NCBI GenBank assembly: GCA_963764165.1
Contig: CAVXRD010000004.1
Span: 672,001 to 736,000, forward strand
Length of the DNA stretch: 64,000 bases
Source of the DNA: an uncultured Verrucomicrobiae bacterium
GTDB lineage: Bacteria > Verrucomicrobiota > Verrucomicrobiia > Limisphaerales > Palsa-1400
Direction: 5' to 3'
Below are positions 11,567 through 20,576 of this stretch, one piece after another (the stretch's first letter is position 1; every line of letters starts with the position of its first letter). The notes below the pieces were generated by a model that saw only the letters and a list, made by a program, of their open reading frames with translations, did not search any database and was not told the origin of the DNA. Position numbers and translations under genes: made by a program.

Positions 11567-12181
11567 CTAAGGAATAACAATCGGAGCCCCGAGAGAAAAT
11601 GTGCCAACACACACAATCGGCCCTGTGTTTGTTTCGCTATAAGGCCCGGCCTCCCACGACATGGACCCATTAATGACGGCGTTGGTTGCACCATTTTGCG
11701 TTACAAAACTCTTATATGTAAATGCTGCCCCGGAGGAGTGGGAATTCGGACTTGTGTAAGTGGAATTATCAAACGTGTAAATGTAATCAACCCGGCGCTG
11801 CTGGGTTTGCGTCGCATTTGTTACAGCAGTGCGGCCGAGGGAGCCTTCCGAGCCATAATACAAACCCAATTCGGTGGTAAGGACCTGGCCGGTTGCATTC
11901 GAGATGACCTCAATAGTATCTCCCAGAGAATTCCCGTTGATATGGTAAACCAGTGAAATTGTGCTCAGATCGGTGATGTTCCCAAGGCGCGCGCGGTCAG
12001 CCAGCAACGTCTGATCTGTGATGTGTGTTCCTACAATTGTCCCGACGGCATTCGTCTGATAAGCCGTTCCGGAGAATTGAAACTTATAGAGGTATGGGCT
12101 GGTCGTTTGAGCGCTGCTTGAAGAACCCGCAAGGCCCAGACAGAATAAAATGATTGCAAGAAGTTTTTTCATGATTCCCAT
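11567..12181 (-). CDS. Secreted hypothetical protein, tandem paralogue 3
   Basis: Signal peptide MKKLLAIILFCLGLAG; aligns end to end with both neighbours. Confidence 0.85.
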   Translation of the reverse strand: MGIMKKLLAIILFCLGLAGSSSSAQTTSPYLYKFQFSGTAYQTNAVGTIVGTHITDQTLLADRARLGNITDLSTISLVYHINGNSLGDTIEVISNATGQVLTTELGLYYGSEGSLGRTAVTNATQTQQRRVDYIYTFDNSTYTSPNSHSSGAAFTYKSFVTQNGATNAVINGSMSWEAGPYSETNTGPIVCVGTFSLGAPIVIP

Positions 12182-12188
12182 TCGTTAA

Positions 12189-12809
12189 CTAATATACAGG
12201 CTGACCGAGTGTGAAATGACCGCTGCAAAGCATCGGCCCCACATTGGCTCGAGTTGGTATGACGTCCCAAAACAAAGTTCCGTCGATAAAGAGGTTTGTA
12301 TTGCCTTTGCTATCCGCCACAAATCGCTTCACCGTAAAGGCGCCGCCGAGCGATTCTCCGTTTTCGTAGGTGTAGGGAGTATTGCTGAAGGTGTAAACCT
12401 GATCCACGCGCCTTTGCTCGGTCTGCGTTGCATTGGTCACCGCGTAACGCCCGAGCGTTCCGCTCTCGCCTTGGTAAGCCGAGCCGAAATACAGACCAAA
12501 CTCCGTCACCAGGGTCTGCCCCGTGGCGTTGGAGATAACGTCGACCGTGTCGCCGTAAGGCGGTCCGCCGTTCAGGTGGTAAACGATGGAAATCGTGCTG
12601 AGATTGGTGATGCCGAGACTGGTGGCCTGGCTTTGCAGCAAGGTTTGATCGGTGATGGGCGTGCCGACAATGGTCCCTGCCCCGTTGGTCTGGTAGGACA
12701 TCCCGTTAAAGATGAACTTATAGGCCACATAGGACGACTGCGCATAGGCGCCAACTTCACTGATGGCCAATAATGCCAATGCCAGAAATAATGTCTTCGT
12801 AAGTTTCAT
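12189..12809 (-). CDS. Secreted hypothetical protein, tandem paralogue 2
   Basis: Signal peptide ending ...GAYA-Q; shared YKF.F.G..YQTN..G.IV.TPITDQ motif. Confidence 0.85.
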   Translation of the reverse strand: MKLTKTLFLALALLAISEVGAYAQSSYVAYKFIFNGMSYQTNGAGTIVGTPITDQTLLQSQATSLGITNLSTISIVYHLNGGPPYGDTVDVISNATGQTLVTEFGLYFGSAYQGESGTLGRYAVTNATQTEQRRVDQVYTFSNTPYTYENGESLGGAFTVKRFVADSKGNTNLFIDGTLFWDVIPTRANVGPMLCSGHFTLGQPVY

Positions 12810-12831
12810 GGAATTTCGCGCGGTTTAAGAA

Positions 12832-13440
12832 TTAGTACATCGGCTCACCGAGGCTGAACGTCCCGGAAACAACAATCGGCCCGTTGGTGCCTTGCGGAGC
12901 CACGCCATAGGACATATTTCCGGTGATGATTGAGTTGGCGAAGCCGTTGGTGGAGGTGACATTAACCTTATGAGTCAGGCACAGGCCCACGGAATCACCG
13001 TTGGAGAACGTGTATTGGGAATTGTCCTGCGTGTAGATGTAGTCCGCCCTCCAAACTTCGTTTTGCACCGCGTTGGAAACCGCTGTCCGCCCGCAGCAGG
13101 TCGAACCGAACCAGAAATTGAATTCCGTGGTGAGGGCCGCCGGATTGTTCGTGTAAATGATATCCACCGTGTCGCCGGGTTCTGAATCGCCGGGATTGCC
13201 CCCGATGTGATAAACAATGGCGACGGTGCTAAGGTCCGTGATTCCCCCGGGATAAGCCCGGCTGGCCAGAAGGTCCTGATCCGTTATCGGCGTGGCAACA
13301 ATGCTGCCGCCCGCGTTGGTTTGATAGGCAAAGCCCTTGAAGATGAACTTGTATTCTGTGTAAGTCTGCCCCGAAACGCTGGCCACGCCGCACAAAAGAA
13401 GCGCTCCCGCCGCCAGGAAATTCATAATTTTCCGTTTCAT
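12832..13440 (-). CDS. Secreted hypothetical protein, tandem paralogue 1
   Basis: Signal peptide; same motifs, ending GTFSLGEPMY. Confidence 0.85.
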   Translation of the reverse strand: MKRKIMNFLAAGALLLCGVASVSGQTYTEYKFIFKGFAYQTNAGGSIVATPITDQDLLASRAYPGGITDLSTVAIVYHIGGNPGDSEPGDTVDIIYTNNPAALTTEFNFWFGSTCCGRTAVSNAVQNEVWRADYIYTQDNSQYTFSNGDSVGLCLTHKVNVTSTNGFANSIITGNMSYGVAPQGTNGPIVVSGTFSLGEPMY

Positions 13441-13567
13441 GGCGACGAAATTAATAAGCGCCGCCGCTTTCTGCCATAGGGTCTGTTACGTAGTCTGTCA
13501 GGTGAACGCCCCCGGGGGATTTACCCCGTTGGCGCTTTTTGCCAATGTGTTTTACTGAGCGTCAACT

Positions 13568-14671
13568 ATGAAACGAACGTCACTTAACATTGCAGTCACT
13601 CTGTCGGCGATATCCTTTCTCTCCCCGGCGTTGCACGGCGCGGGCGGAACGGTTACGGCATGGGGCGGGGGCCAGGCGGGCTTCCCTTCCGGGCTTGCCA
13701 GCGTCACCGCCATTTCATCTTCGGTGGATCACAGCTTGGCCTTGAACGCCGACGGAACCGTCACGGCCTGGGGAACGGATTTGGACGGCGACTGCCAGGT
13801 TCCTCCCGGTTTGAGCGGCGTCACGGCGGTGGCGGCAGGCGATTTTTTCAGCCTCGCGCTATTATCCAACGGCACTGTTGTCGGATGGGGCGCGGATGAC
13901 CAAGGCCAATGCGACATTCCCGCCGGGCTGAACAACGTGACCATGATTTCCGCCGGCCACTCTCACGCCCTCGCCGTGCAGGCGAACGGGACTGTTGTCG
14001 CTTGGGGCTGGGGGCCATTCGGCCAAACGAATGTGCCATCGAACGTCCAAAATCCGAAAGCCATCGTCGCCGCCGGCAATCACAGCATGGCGCTTTTGCA
14101 AAATGGCACAGTCGTCGTATGGGGCGTGGATGACACGGGCGAGACGAGCGTTCCAGGAAATCTGACCGGCGTGACGGCAATATCGGGCGCGAAAGGCTAC
14201 TGCCTCGCCGTGCAAAATGGCTCCGTTACAGGCTGGGGCGCTGTGCCAGCGACTCCCCCGAGCTTAAACAATGTCGTGGCCGTCGCGGCGGGTCTTTATC
14301 ACGGTCTGGCTTTGACATCATCCGGCACAGTGGTTGGATGGGGCACCAACCAGGATGGGGAAATTTCCATTCCGTCCGGCTTAAGCGGAGTGAACGAAAT
14401 CGCCGACGGCTATGCCTACAGCCTTGCGCTCTCAGGCGAGACCGGTATTGTCTCGCCAGTGACTCTGACGAACCCAACGTGGCATGGAAACAACTTTACC
14501 GTGTCGTTTCAATCGCAAAACGGTGTTTCCTATACGCTGCAATATACAAAAGGATTCGGCCCCTCCTCATGGACCATTGTCCAGACTGCCAGCGGCAACG
14601 GCGGCAGCTTGACCGTGACTGATTCCGCCGCGAGCGATCCGCAACGCTTTTACCGCGTCAAGGCCCAATAG
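13568..14671 (+). CDS. Secreted RCC1/BLIP-II-like beta-propeller repeat protein with a C-terminal sorting-like domain
   Basis: About 7 repeats of V.AIAAG..HSLAL..NGTVV.WG....GQ..VP; ends ...QRFYRVKAQ. Confidence 0.88.
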   Translation: MKRTSLNIAVTLSAISFLSPALHGAGGTVTAWGGGQAGFPSGLASVTAISSSVDHSLALNADGTVTAWGTDLDGDCQVPPGLSGVTAVAAGDFFSLALLSNGTVVGWGADDQGQCDIPAGLNNVTMISAGHSHALAVQANGTVVAWGWGPFGQTNVPSNVQNPKAIVAAGNHSMALLQNGTVVVWGVDDTGETSVPGNLTGVTAISGAKGYCLAVQNGSVTGWGAVPATPPSLNNVVAVAAGLYHGLALTSSGTVVGWGTNQDGEISIPSGLSGVNEIADGYAYSLALSGETGIVSPVTLTNPTWHGNNFTVSFQSQNGVSYTLQYTKGFGPSSWTIVQTASGNGGSLTVTDSAASDPQRFYRVKAQ

Positions 14672-14674
14672 ACG

Positions 14675-15301
14675 GTGAAGGCCACACTCGTTGCATTGGT
14701 GGGTGGCAGCGGTTCCGGCAAGAGCTGGCTATCGGAAAATTTGGAAAAGACGCTCCACCGACAGGTGACGCGAATTTCGCTGGACGATTTTTACCGCGAT
14801 CAATCACATCTCTCGCCGGAGAAGCGGGCGCGCCTTAATTTTGACCACCCCCGCCTCATTGATTGGGACTTGGTGGAGACAGTGCTCACGGCGTGCCGCG
14901 AAGGCCGCCCGGTTTCGATGCCGAGCTATTGCTTCGTCACCCACACCCGCAAGCCCAATGTTAAAAAGGTCAGGCCCCAGGGCGTCATTTTGGTCGATGG
15001 CTTGTGGCTTTTGCGCCGGCCGGGCGTGCGGCGATTGTTCGATTTGCGCGTTTTCATCCACTGTTCGGAGAAACTTCGCTTGAGCCGCCGATTGGCCCGG
15101 GATATCGCCAATCGCGGCAGGGACCTGGCTTCTGTGCGTCGGCAGTTCCGGACGACAGTCGCGCCCATGCATAAAAAATTCGTCGACCCGCAGGCGCGTT
15201 GGGCGGATGTCATTTTTCGCCAGCCGGTGGGCTCGAAGCACGTCGCGCAAGTAGCGCGCTTGATCGAAAAGTTTACCACACCCGCAGTTAACCCACCGTA
15301 G
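14675..15301 (+). CDS. udk: Uridine kinase family protein
   Basis: GGSGSGKS P-loop, LDDFYRD, NFDHP, RLSRRLARDI..RGR, WADVI. Confidence 0.85.
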   Translation: MKATLVALVGGSGSGKSWLSENLEKTLHRQVTRISLDDFYRDQSHLSPEKRARLNFDHPRLIDWDLVETVLTACREGRPVSMPSYCFVTHTRKPNVKKVRPQGVILVDGLWLLRRPGVRRLFDLRVFIHCSEKLRLSRRLARDIANRGRDLASVRRQFRTTVAPMHKKFVDPQARWADVIFRQPVGSKHVAQVARLIEKFTTPAVNPP

Positions 15302-15371
15302 GGGAACGGATGCGGCGTTCGGGGAATCCCGCCCTTCCCTAACCGTTCCCGCTGCGTAAATTAATGCCAAG

Positions 15372-15791
15372 GTGACAGCGGCAATCTTAATAGTTGACGA
15401 TCAGCCAGATGAGGCGGCGCTCATCAAGCGGGCGGTTCTCCGCCTGAGGCCGTCCGGACCGGTCATCGTTCTTCCAAGCGCCAAGGAGTTGAAGGATTAC
15501 GTCAATGCCGAGGGACGGTATATTGACCGCGAGGCTTTTCCTTATCCCTCATTGATTCTGCTTGATCTGAAAATGCCGGACATGAACGGATTCGAATTGC
15601 TGGAATGGCTGAAGCGCGAGCCGCTGCACGCCGCGGTGCCTGTGATCGTGGTCAGCTCGTTTGACCGGCAGAAAGACATTCGGAAGTCGTATCAACTGGG
15701 CGCGAGCACGTTCTTAAGCAAGCCGGTGAACCCAGAAAGAATCCGCGGGGCCGTCCGCGCGCTGGGGCTGGCGGTTGATTTTGCGGATTAG
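15372..15791 (+). CDS. Single-domain response regulator (REC)
   Basis: ILIVDD...LILLDLKMPDMNGFELL...SYQLGASTFLSKP. Confidence 0.9.
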   Translation: MTAAILIVDDQPDEAALIKRAVLRLRPSGPVIVLPSAKELKDYVNAEGRYIDREAFPYPSLILLDLKMPDMNGFELLEWLKREPLHAAVPVIVVSSFDRQKDIRKSYQLGASTFLSKPVNPERIRGAVRALGLAVDFAD

Positions 15792-15879
15792 CGCCACGGA
15801 AGGGCCAGACTCGGCTTGGGTCGCGACTGAATTGCGAAGGGGTTTGACGGTATGAGCGGTTCCATGCACCTTGCGGCGC

Positions 15880-16482
15880 ATGGAACTGGATTTGGAAGGC
15901 CAATACGCTGATCGCGCTTACGCGGTGCTCGCCAGCATCGTCGTCCCCCGCCCCATCGCTCTCGTCACAACCTTGAGCCCGGACGGGAAAATTAATGCCG
16001 CACCTTTTAGTTTCTTCAATCTCATGGGCTCGTCGCCGCCTATTCTGGCGGTTGCCCCGGGCGATCGCGAGGATGGAACTCCGAAAGATACGGCCAGAAA
16101 CATCCGTCTCACGCACGAGTTCGTAGTCAATCTCGTCGACGAATCAATCGCTGAGGCGATGAATAAATGCGCGGCCACCCTGCCTTATGGCGAAAACGAG
16201 CTGGTGTCGGCCGGTCTGACATCAACGGCATCTTCTGTTGTTAAACCGCCACGCATCATCGAGGCTCCAGCCAGCCTGGAGTGCAAGGAATGGGGAACGC
16301 TTCAAATCGGCAATAACCGGGTTGTTATCGGATTAATCCGGCGCATTCATTTGCGGGACGACTTGTATGACCCGGAAAAACAGCGTGTGCATTCTGAAAA
16401 GTTGGCGATGATTGGGCGGATGGCTTCACCTCATTGGTATTGCCACACAACGGACCGCTTCGAAATGATTCGCCCCAGGTAA
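15880..16482 (+). CDS. Flavin reductase-like (DIM6/NTAB family) protein
   Basis: VVPRPIALVTT...NAAPFSFFN...KDTARNI...EFVVN...SLECK; ATG at 15880. Confidence 0.9.
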   Translation: MELDLEGQYADRAYAVLASIVVPRPIALVTTLSPDGKINAAPFSFFNLMGSSPPILAVAPGDREDGTPKDTARNIRLTHEFVVNLVDESIAEAMNKCAATLPYGENELVSAGLTSTASSVVKPPRIIEAPASLECKEWGTLQIGNNRVVIGLIRRIHLRDDLYDPEKQRVHSEKLAMIGRMASPHWYCHTTDRFEMIRPR

Positions 16483-16719
16483 AAAAAACGGTCAAAGGCT
16501 CGCGTTGCCAAGTCGGGTGGCCAGCGGTTGGCGGCAACCTTTCTCGAATGTTTGGCCCGACGTGCTGTGTCGCTGATCCCCGACTGCTCGCCTCCTATTC
16601 GAGTGAGTCTTCGACCTGTAGCAATATAGCCCGAAGAGCTATCATGGCCAATCGGGGACTTCCCGCAAAACCACTTCCGGGATTTCGAAAATGCCCTTTT
16701 TAGGTAGGGACGCCTCGCC

Positions 16720-16859
16720 GAGATTGTCTCAAAACTACAAAATCCTCAAAGTGTGTCAATACTACTAATCTCTCATTTGCGATATGGCGCATTTTTATTT
16801 TCGGCGAGGGTGTTTTGGTGGTGCTTTTTAAAGCCGTTTTTGAGTTTTGAGACAGTCTC
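16720..16859. mobile_element. 140-bp MITE / non-autonomous IS remnant with 17-bp terminal inverted repeats and a 4-bp target duplication (IS1182-like ends)
   Basis: Left end gagattgtctcaaaact (16720-16736); right end agttttgagacagtctc (16843-16859), 16/17 match as inverted repeats; cgcc duplicated at 16716-19 and 16860-63; AT-rich interior with no ORF. Confidence 0.8.
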
Positions 16860-16965
16860 CGCCGAGGCGTCCGGTTGCGTGTGAATGATGCCATGACTTG
16901 CTCGCGAATAACGCCTCAACCCGGATGCCGCGGCGAGGCGTTGCTACCTTCATTATTGCATCCAA

Positions 16966-18210
16966 TCACTCGGCACAGAGGCGGCTGATGCTGTCTTTCT
17001 GCGCCAATAACCGGGCGCGGCGGCGTGACCAGTTTGTCGCAAAAGCGGGCGAATAGCCATGATGCCGATCCGCCTCGACGATGGCTTGCTCAATATCCTT
17101 CTCCGTCAACGTCGAGCGGTTCATGGCGGCCGCGTGCCATCGGGCCAGCCATAAAATGACCGGATATAACAACGCCAGCGAATTGAATCCCTCCACCAGC
17201 GGAAAATCGTAAAAGGCGCGCCCGCAGAAATGCAGGCTCTGAATTTTGACGCGGAAAAATCGGGTGAGAGTCGCTTCCGCTTCTGGAGGCAATGGGCCGA
17301 ACGATTTCTCAATCGCCCCGAATTCAACCGGGCTTAAATCGGGCGACATCGCGGGTGTTCTCCCGGAAGCGCGAGCAAAACGGATCATTGCGCCCAACCA
17401 CTTCAACCGTTGGCCGATGCCTGCGGCGTTGTCGCCAACGGAATCGCGTCGCGCATACGTGAACACCAGCGTGCGGAATAGCAGCCGATTTATTCCCGTA
17501 ACCCGCGCCACCGCACTGCCGGTCCGGGGAACGTCGGTCAGCGCATTTTGGTAAAGCGCGCCAAGAATCTCGTCGGCCTCGCGCCCGCTCAGATGGTCGA
17601 AATCCGCTTTCTCGATTGCATTCACGACGTGCAAAGCTCGGCGCATTTTCACCGAAACAGTGAGATTCGGGGGCTCCATGATTTTTTCGAGCCATCCGAC
17701 GTAGCGCATGAAATCAGGCCACGACAATCCGCCATCGCGCAGCACGGCAGGCGCAGGAATTTCTGAGAAATCGTCCGACACGACCAATTCCGCCAGGTCG
17801 CGCAAAGCTGGAAGCTGCGCCGGCAATGGTTTGCCGGAATTTGCCGCCGCCGAGGGACAGCTAAACCGGAGGCCCAACGCCACCTTGCCACCCAGCGGAT
17901 GAAATACCAGCGGGTACAACCGGCAGGCGCGCGGCTTCGCTGGTTCGCCAAACCGCGCGTGAATCCGGCATCGCCCCGTCTCATCGAGAAAAACGCACGC
18001 GCCGTCGTCCTTGTGGTTCAGGCGATACTGCCCGTTTTCGAGAACCATTAATGGACCAACGCCGACACCATCTGATTCCTTCCAACCCTGCTCCTCGATT
18101 CGTTGCTTCTCCGCCTCGGAAAGCTCGATCAGGAATCCTCCGCGGCAGCACTGACTGCAGCCGTGGCAGCTCCAATTCTGAATGGAAGGGGTCTCGATGC
18201 GCAATGGCAT
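16966..18210 (-). CDS. YkgJ-family CxxCxxCC Fe-S cluster protein (FliB lysine-N-methylase-like)
   Basis: SCHGCSQCC...CVFLD...CRIH...KPRACRLYP...FSCP. Confidence 0.8.
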   Translation of the reverse strand: MPLRIETPSIQNWSCHGCSQCCRGGFLIELSEAEKQRIEEQGWKESDGVGVGPLMVLENGQYRLNHKDDGACVFLDETGRCRIHARFGEPAKPRACRLYPLVFHPLGGKVALGLRFSCPSAAANSGKPLPAQLPALRDLAELVVSDDFSEIPAPAVLRDGGLSWPDFMRYVGWLEKIMEPPNLTVSVKMRRALHVVNAIEKADFDHLSGREADEILGALYQNALTDVPRTGSAVARVTGINRLLFRTLVFTYARRDSVGDNAAGIGQRLKWLGAMIRFARASGRTPAMSPDLSPVEFGAIEKSFGPLPPEAEATLTRFFRVKIQSLHFCGRAFYDFPLVEGFNSLALLYPVILWLARWHAAAMNRSTLTEKDIEQAIVEADRHHGYSPAFATNWSRRRARLLAQKDSISRLCAE

Positions 18211-18435
18211 CTCGCAGATTACTGATTATTTCGTGCGATTTCCAATAATTCGGATGGGAATTATGGGAGTAATGGGAGTAATCCGAAATTCTTTTCGTCT
18301 TGTAAATCCAGTTCATCCTGTCAAATTTTTCATTCTTGTTGACACAGGTTTCCCGCCATTGTCGATTGTAAAATGAATCGCAACCCAAATTTACCGCTTG
18401 CTGTCGGACGCTTAATCAAGTTTTAAGGTTCTACT

Positions 18436-19464
18436 ATGAAAGCGCTCGTTAAACGCAATCGGGAACCGGGGATCTGGCTGGAAGATGTTCCAGAACCCCA
18501 AATGGGTGTCAACGATGTCCTCATCCGCGTCCAAAAGACCGGCATTTGCGGCACGGATCTCCACATCTACAATTGGGACGCCTGGGCTCAACGCACCATT
18601 CCTGTTCCCATGGTGGTCGGCCATGAATTTGTCGGCGAAATCGTTGCCATCGGGGCCAACGTGGCCGATTTCAAACCTGGTGATATCGTCAGCGCCGAGG
18701 GGCACGTCGTCTGCGGCCGGTGCCGCAATTGCCTCGCGGGCCGCCGCCACCTGTGCAAAGACACCAAGGGAATTGGCGTCAACCGCCCAGGAGCGTTCGC
18801 GGAACTTATTTCGGTGCCAATGACGAACGTGTGGTATCACCGCCCTGGCATTGACAAAGACACCGCCTCGATTTTCGACCCGTTCGGCAATGCCGTACAC
18901 ACCGCCCTTACCTTCCCGGTGCTCGGCGAAGACGTCTTGATTACAGGTGCGGGCCCCATCGGCGTCATGGCCGTCGCCATCGCCAAACATTCCGGCGCGC
19001 GTTTCGTCGTGGTGACGGATGTGAATGATTACCGCCTCGATCTCGCCAAAAAAATGGGCGCGACCGTCGCCTTAAACGTGACCAAAGGCAATTTGCAGGA
19101 CACTCAGGCGCAACTCGGAATGAAGGAAGGCTTCGACGTCGGCCTGGAAATGTCCGGCAATCCTTCGGCCTTCCGTGACATGATCGCGAACATGGCCCAC
19201 GGCGGAAAAATCGCCATGCTCGGCATCCCATCGGAGCAAATCGCCATCGATTGGAATACTGTGGTGTTCAACATGCTGACGATCAAAGGCATTTACGGCC
19301 GCGAAATGTATGAGACTTGGTACAAAATGACCGTCATGCTGGAAAGCGGCTTGGACATCTCCCCCGTCATTACCCACCGATACCATTTCACGGAATTCGA
19401 AAAAGGCTTTGCTGCGATGAAGTCAGGGCAATCGGGAAAGGTCGTTTTGGATTGGAGCAAATAA
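18436..19464 (+). CDS. tdh: L-threonine 3-dehydrogenase
   Basis: [62 protein letters not shown]. Confidence 0.96.
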   Translation: MKALVKRNREPGIWLEDVPEPQMGVNDVLIRVQKTGICGTDLHIYNWDAWAQRTIPVPMVVGHEFVGEIVAIGANVADFKPGDIVSAEGHVVCGRCRNCLAGRRHLCKDTKGIGVNRPGAFAELISVPMTNVWYHRPGIDKDTASIFDPFGNAVHTALTFPVLGEDVLITGAGPIGVMAVAIAKHSGARFVVVTDVNDYRLDLAKKMGATVALNVTKGNLQDTQAQLGMKEGFDVGLEMSGNPSAFRDMIANMAHGGKIAMLGIPSEQIAIDWNTVVFNMLTIKGIYGREMYETWYKMTVMLESGLDISPVITHRYHFTEFEKGFAAMKSGQSGKVVLDWSK

Positions 19465-19736
19465 CGTCCCGGCAGGGCGAGACCTCGTCGGGCCTCCTTA
19501 TGGACTTTGCAGTTTTGGAACTATCAAGCGGCAGTTTAGCCAGGACTCGACACAGGCTCGCCCTGTTATTGCGAACCTGCAATAGGATGTCTTAACAGGG
19601 CAAACGCATCAATATTCCGAGGAACTTTATGCCGAGTTGAATCGAATCGCCCTCAATCGCCACGAGAGTTCGATTCACTTCACTTGCTTCAATCCGGGTT
19701 TTAATGGGAGTTTCAAGCAGTTGCGAAGAATCGGTT

Positions 19737-20567
19737 TCACAGGATCCTCGGCACCGGGCCTGGCACCCAAGTCAGATTCCAGTAATAGCTCCAAAGGTCT
19801 TGCAACCGCATTGGCTCAACGTGGCCATCGTAGAAACCGGAGACGATCAGGCCGGGCAAGGTCGATGTGCCAAAAGGCAGCGTCTTGGGCGCGGCCCCCG
19901 CGGATTTGCTTCCGTGGCGGGCGATGCAAACGCGAGTCAGGCCGGATGAGCCAGTGCCGGGATTATCGATTGGGTCATAGAGGCTCGTGGCGGGCGTATC
20001 GGTCACGTCAGGATATAGGTTGATCCATGCGCAATCCATGAAGACGGGAGTTTGGGCCGGCCGGCTGATCCCCGACTCTTGGTTAAAATTGCGCGGGTCT
20101 TCGCCGTACAATTGGCTGCTTTCCAGCCATTTGTTATAGCCATAGCTGGAAGCATAGATGGGCGTGGAAAGCGTCCAATGCCACGCGCGGTCAGCCATCC
20201 CGGGAGGATTCACCGTGCCGGGAGGATTGATTCCCTTGTCGGGCGCGCTCGGGCAAATGATCAGGTTGGTTGATTTCCCGTAATAAGAGAGCATCGTGCC
20301 CATCCAATCGCCGTCACTGAAATCCGGATTGTTGGTAATCGGCCCGATGAAGGTGCCCATGTCATCATAATACATCCTGCTAGCCAGTTGCAGTTGCTTC
20401 AGATTGTTGATGCATTGCGTCTGCATGGCGTGGAGCTTCGCGCTTGCCAAGGCAGGCAGCAGAAGGGCTGCAAGGATGGCGATGACGGCAATGACCACAA
20501 GCAATTCTATCAGGGTGAATGCGGCCCCCAGGGCCGCATTCCTTGAGCCAAACGGGCTTAGTTTCAT
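19737..20567 (-). CDS. Prepilin-type N-terminal cleavage/methylation protein with an H-X9-DG-like C-terminus
   Basis: [27 protein letters not shown]...CINNLKQL; C-terminal RH....GFYDGHVE. Confidence 0.92.
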   Translation of the reverse strand: MKLSPFGSRNAALGAAFTLIELLVVIAVIAILAALLLPALASAKLHAMQTQCINNLKQLQLASRMYYDDMGTFIGPITNNPDFSDGDWMGTMLSYYGKSTNLIICPSAPDKGINPPGTVNPPGMADRAWHWTLSTPIYASSYGYNKWLESSQLYGEDPRNFNQESGISRPAQTPVFMDCAWINLYPDVTDTPATSLYDPIDNPGTGSSGLTRVCIARHGSKSAGAAPKTLPFGTSTLPGLIVSGFYDGHVEPMRLQDLWSYYWNLTWVPGPVPRIL

Positions 20568-20576
20568 TAAACTGCC

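Noticed and set aside
8257..13528. GGGG...CCCC short palindromes upstream of several genes (about 8257, 9474, 13513) as NarL-type sites
   Set aside because: Short arms and variable spacers in GC-rich DNA cannot be distinguished from chance by eye.
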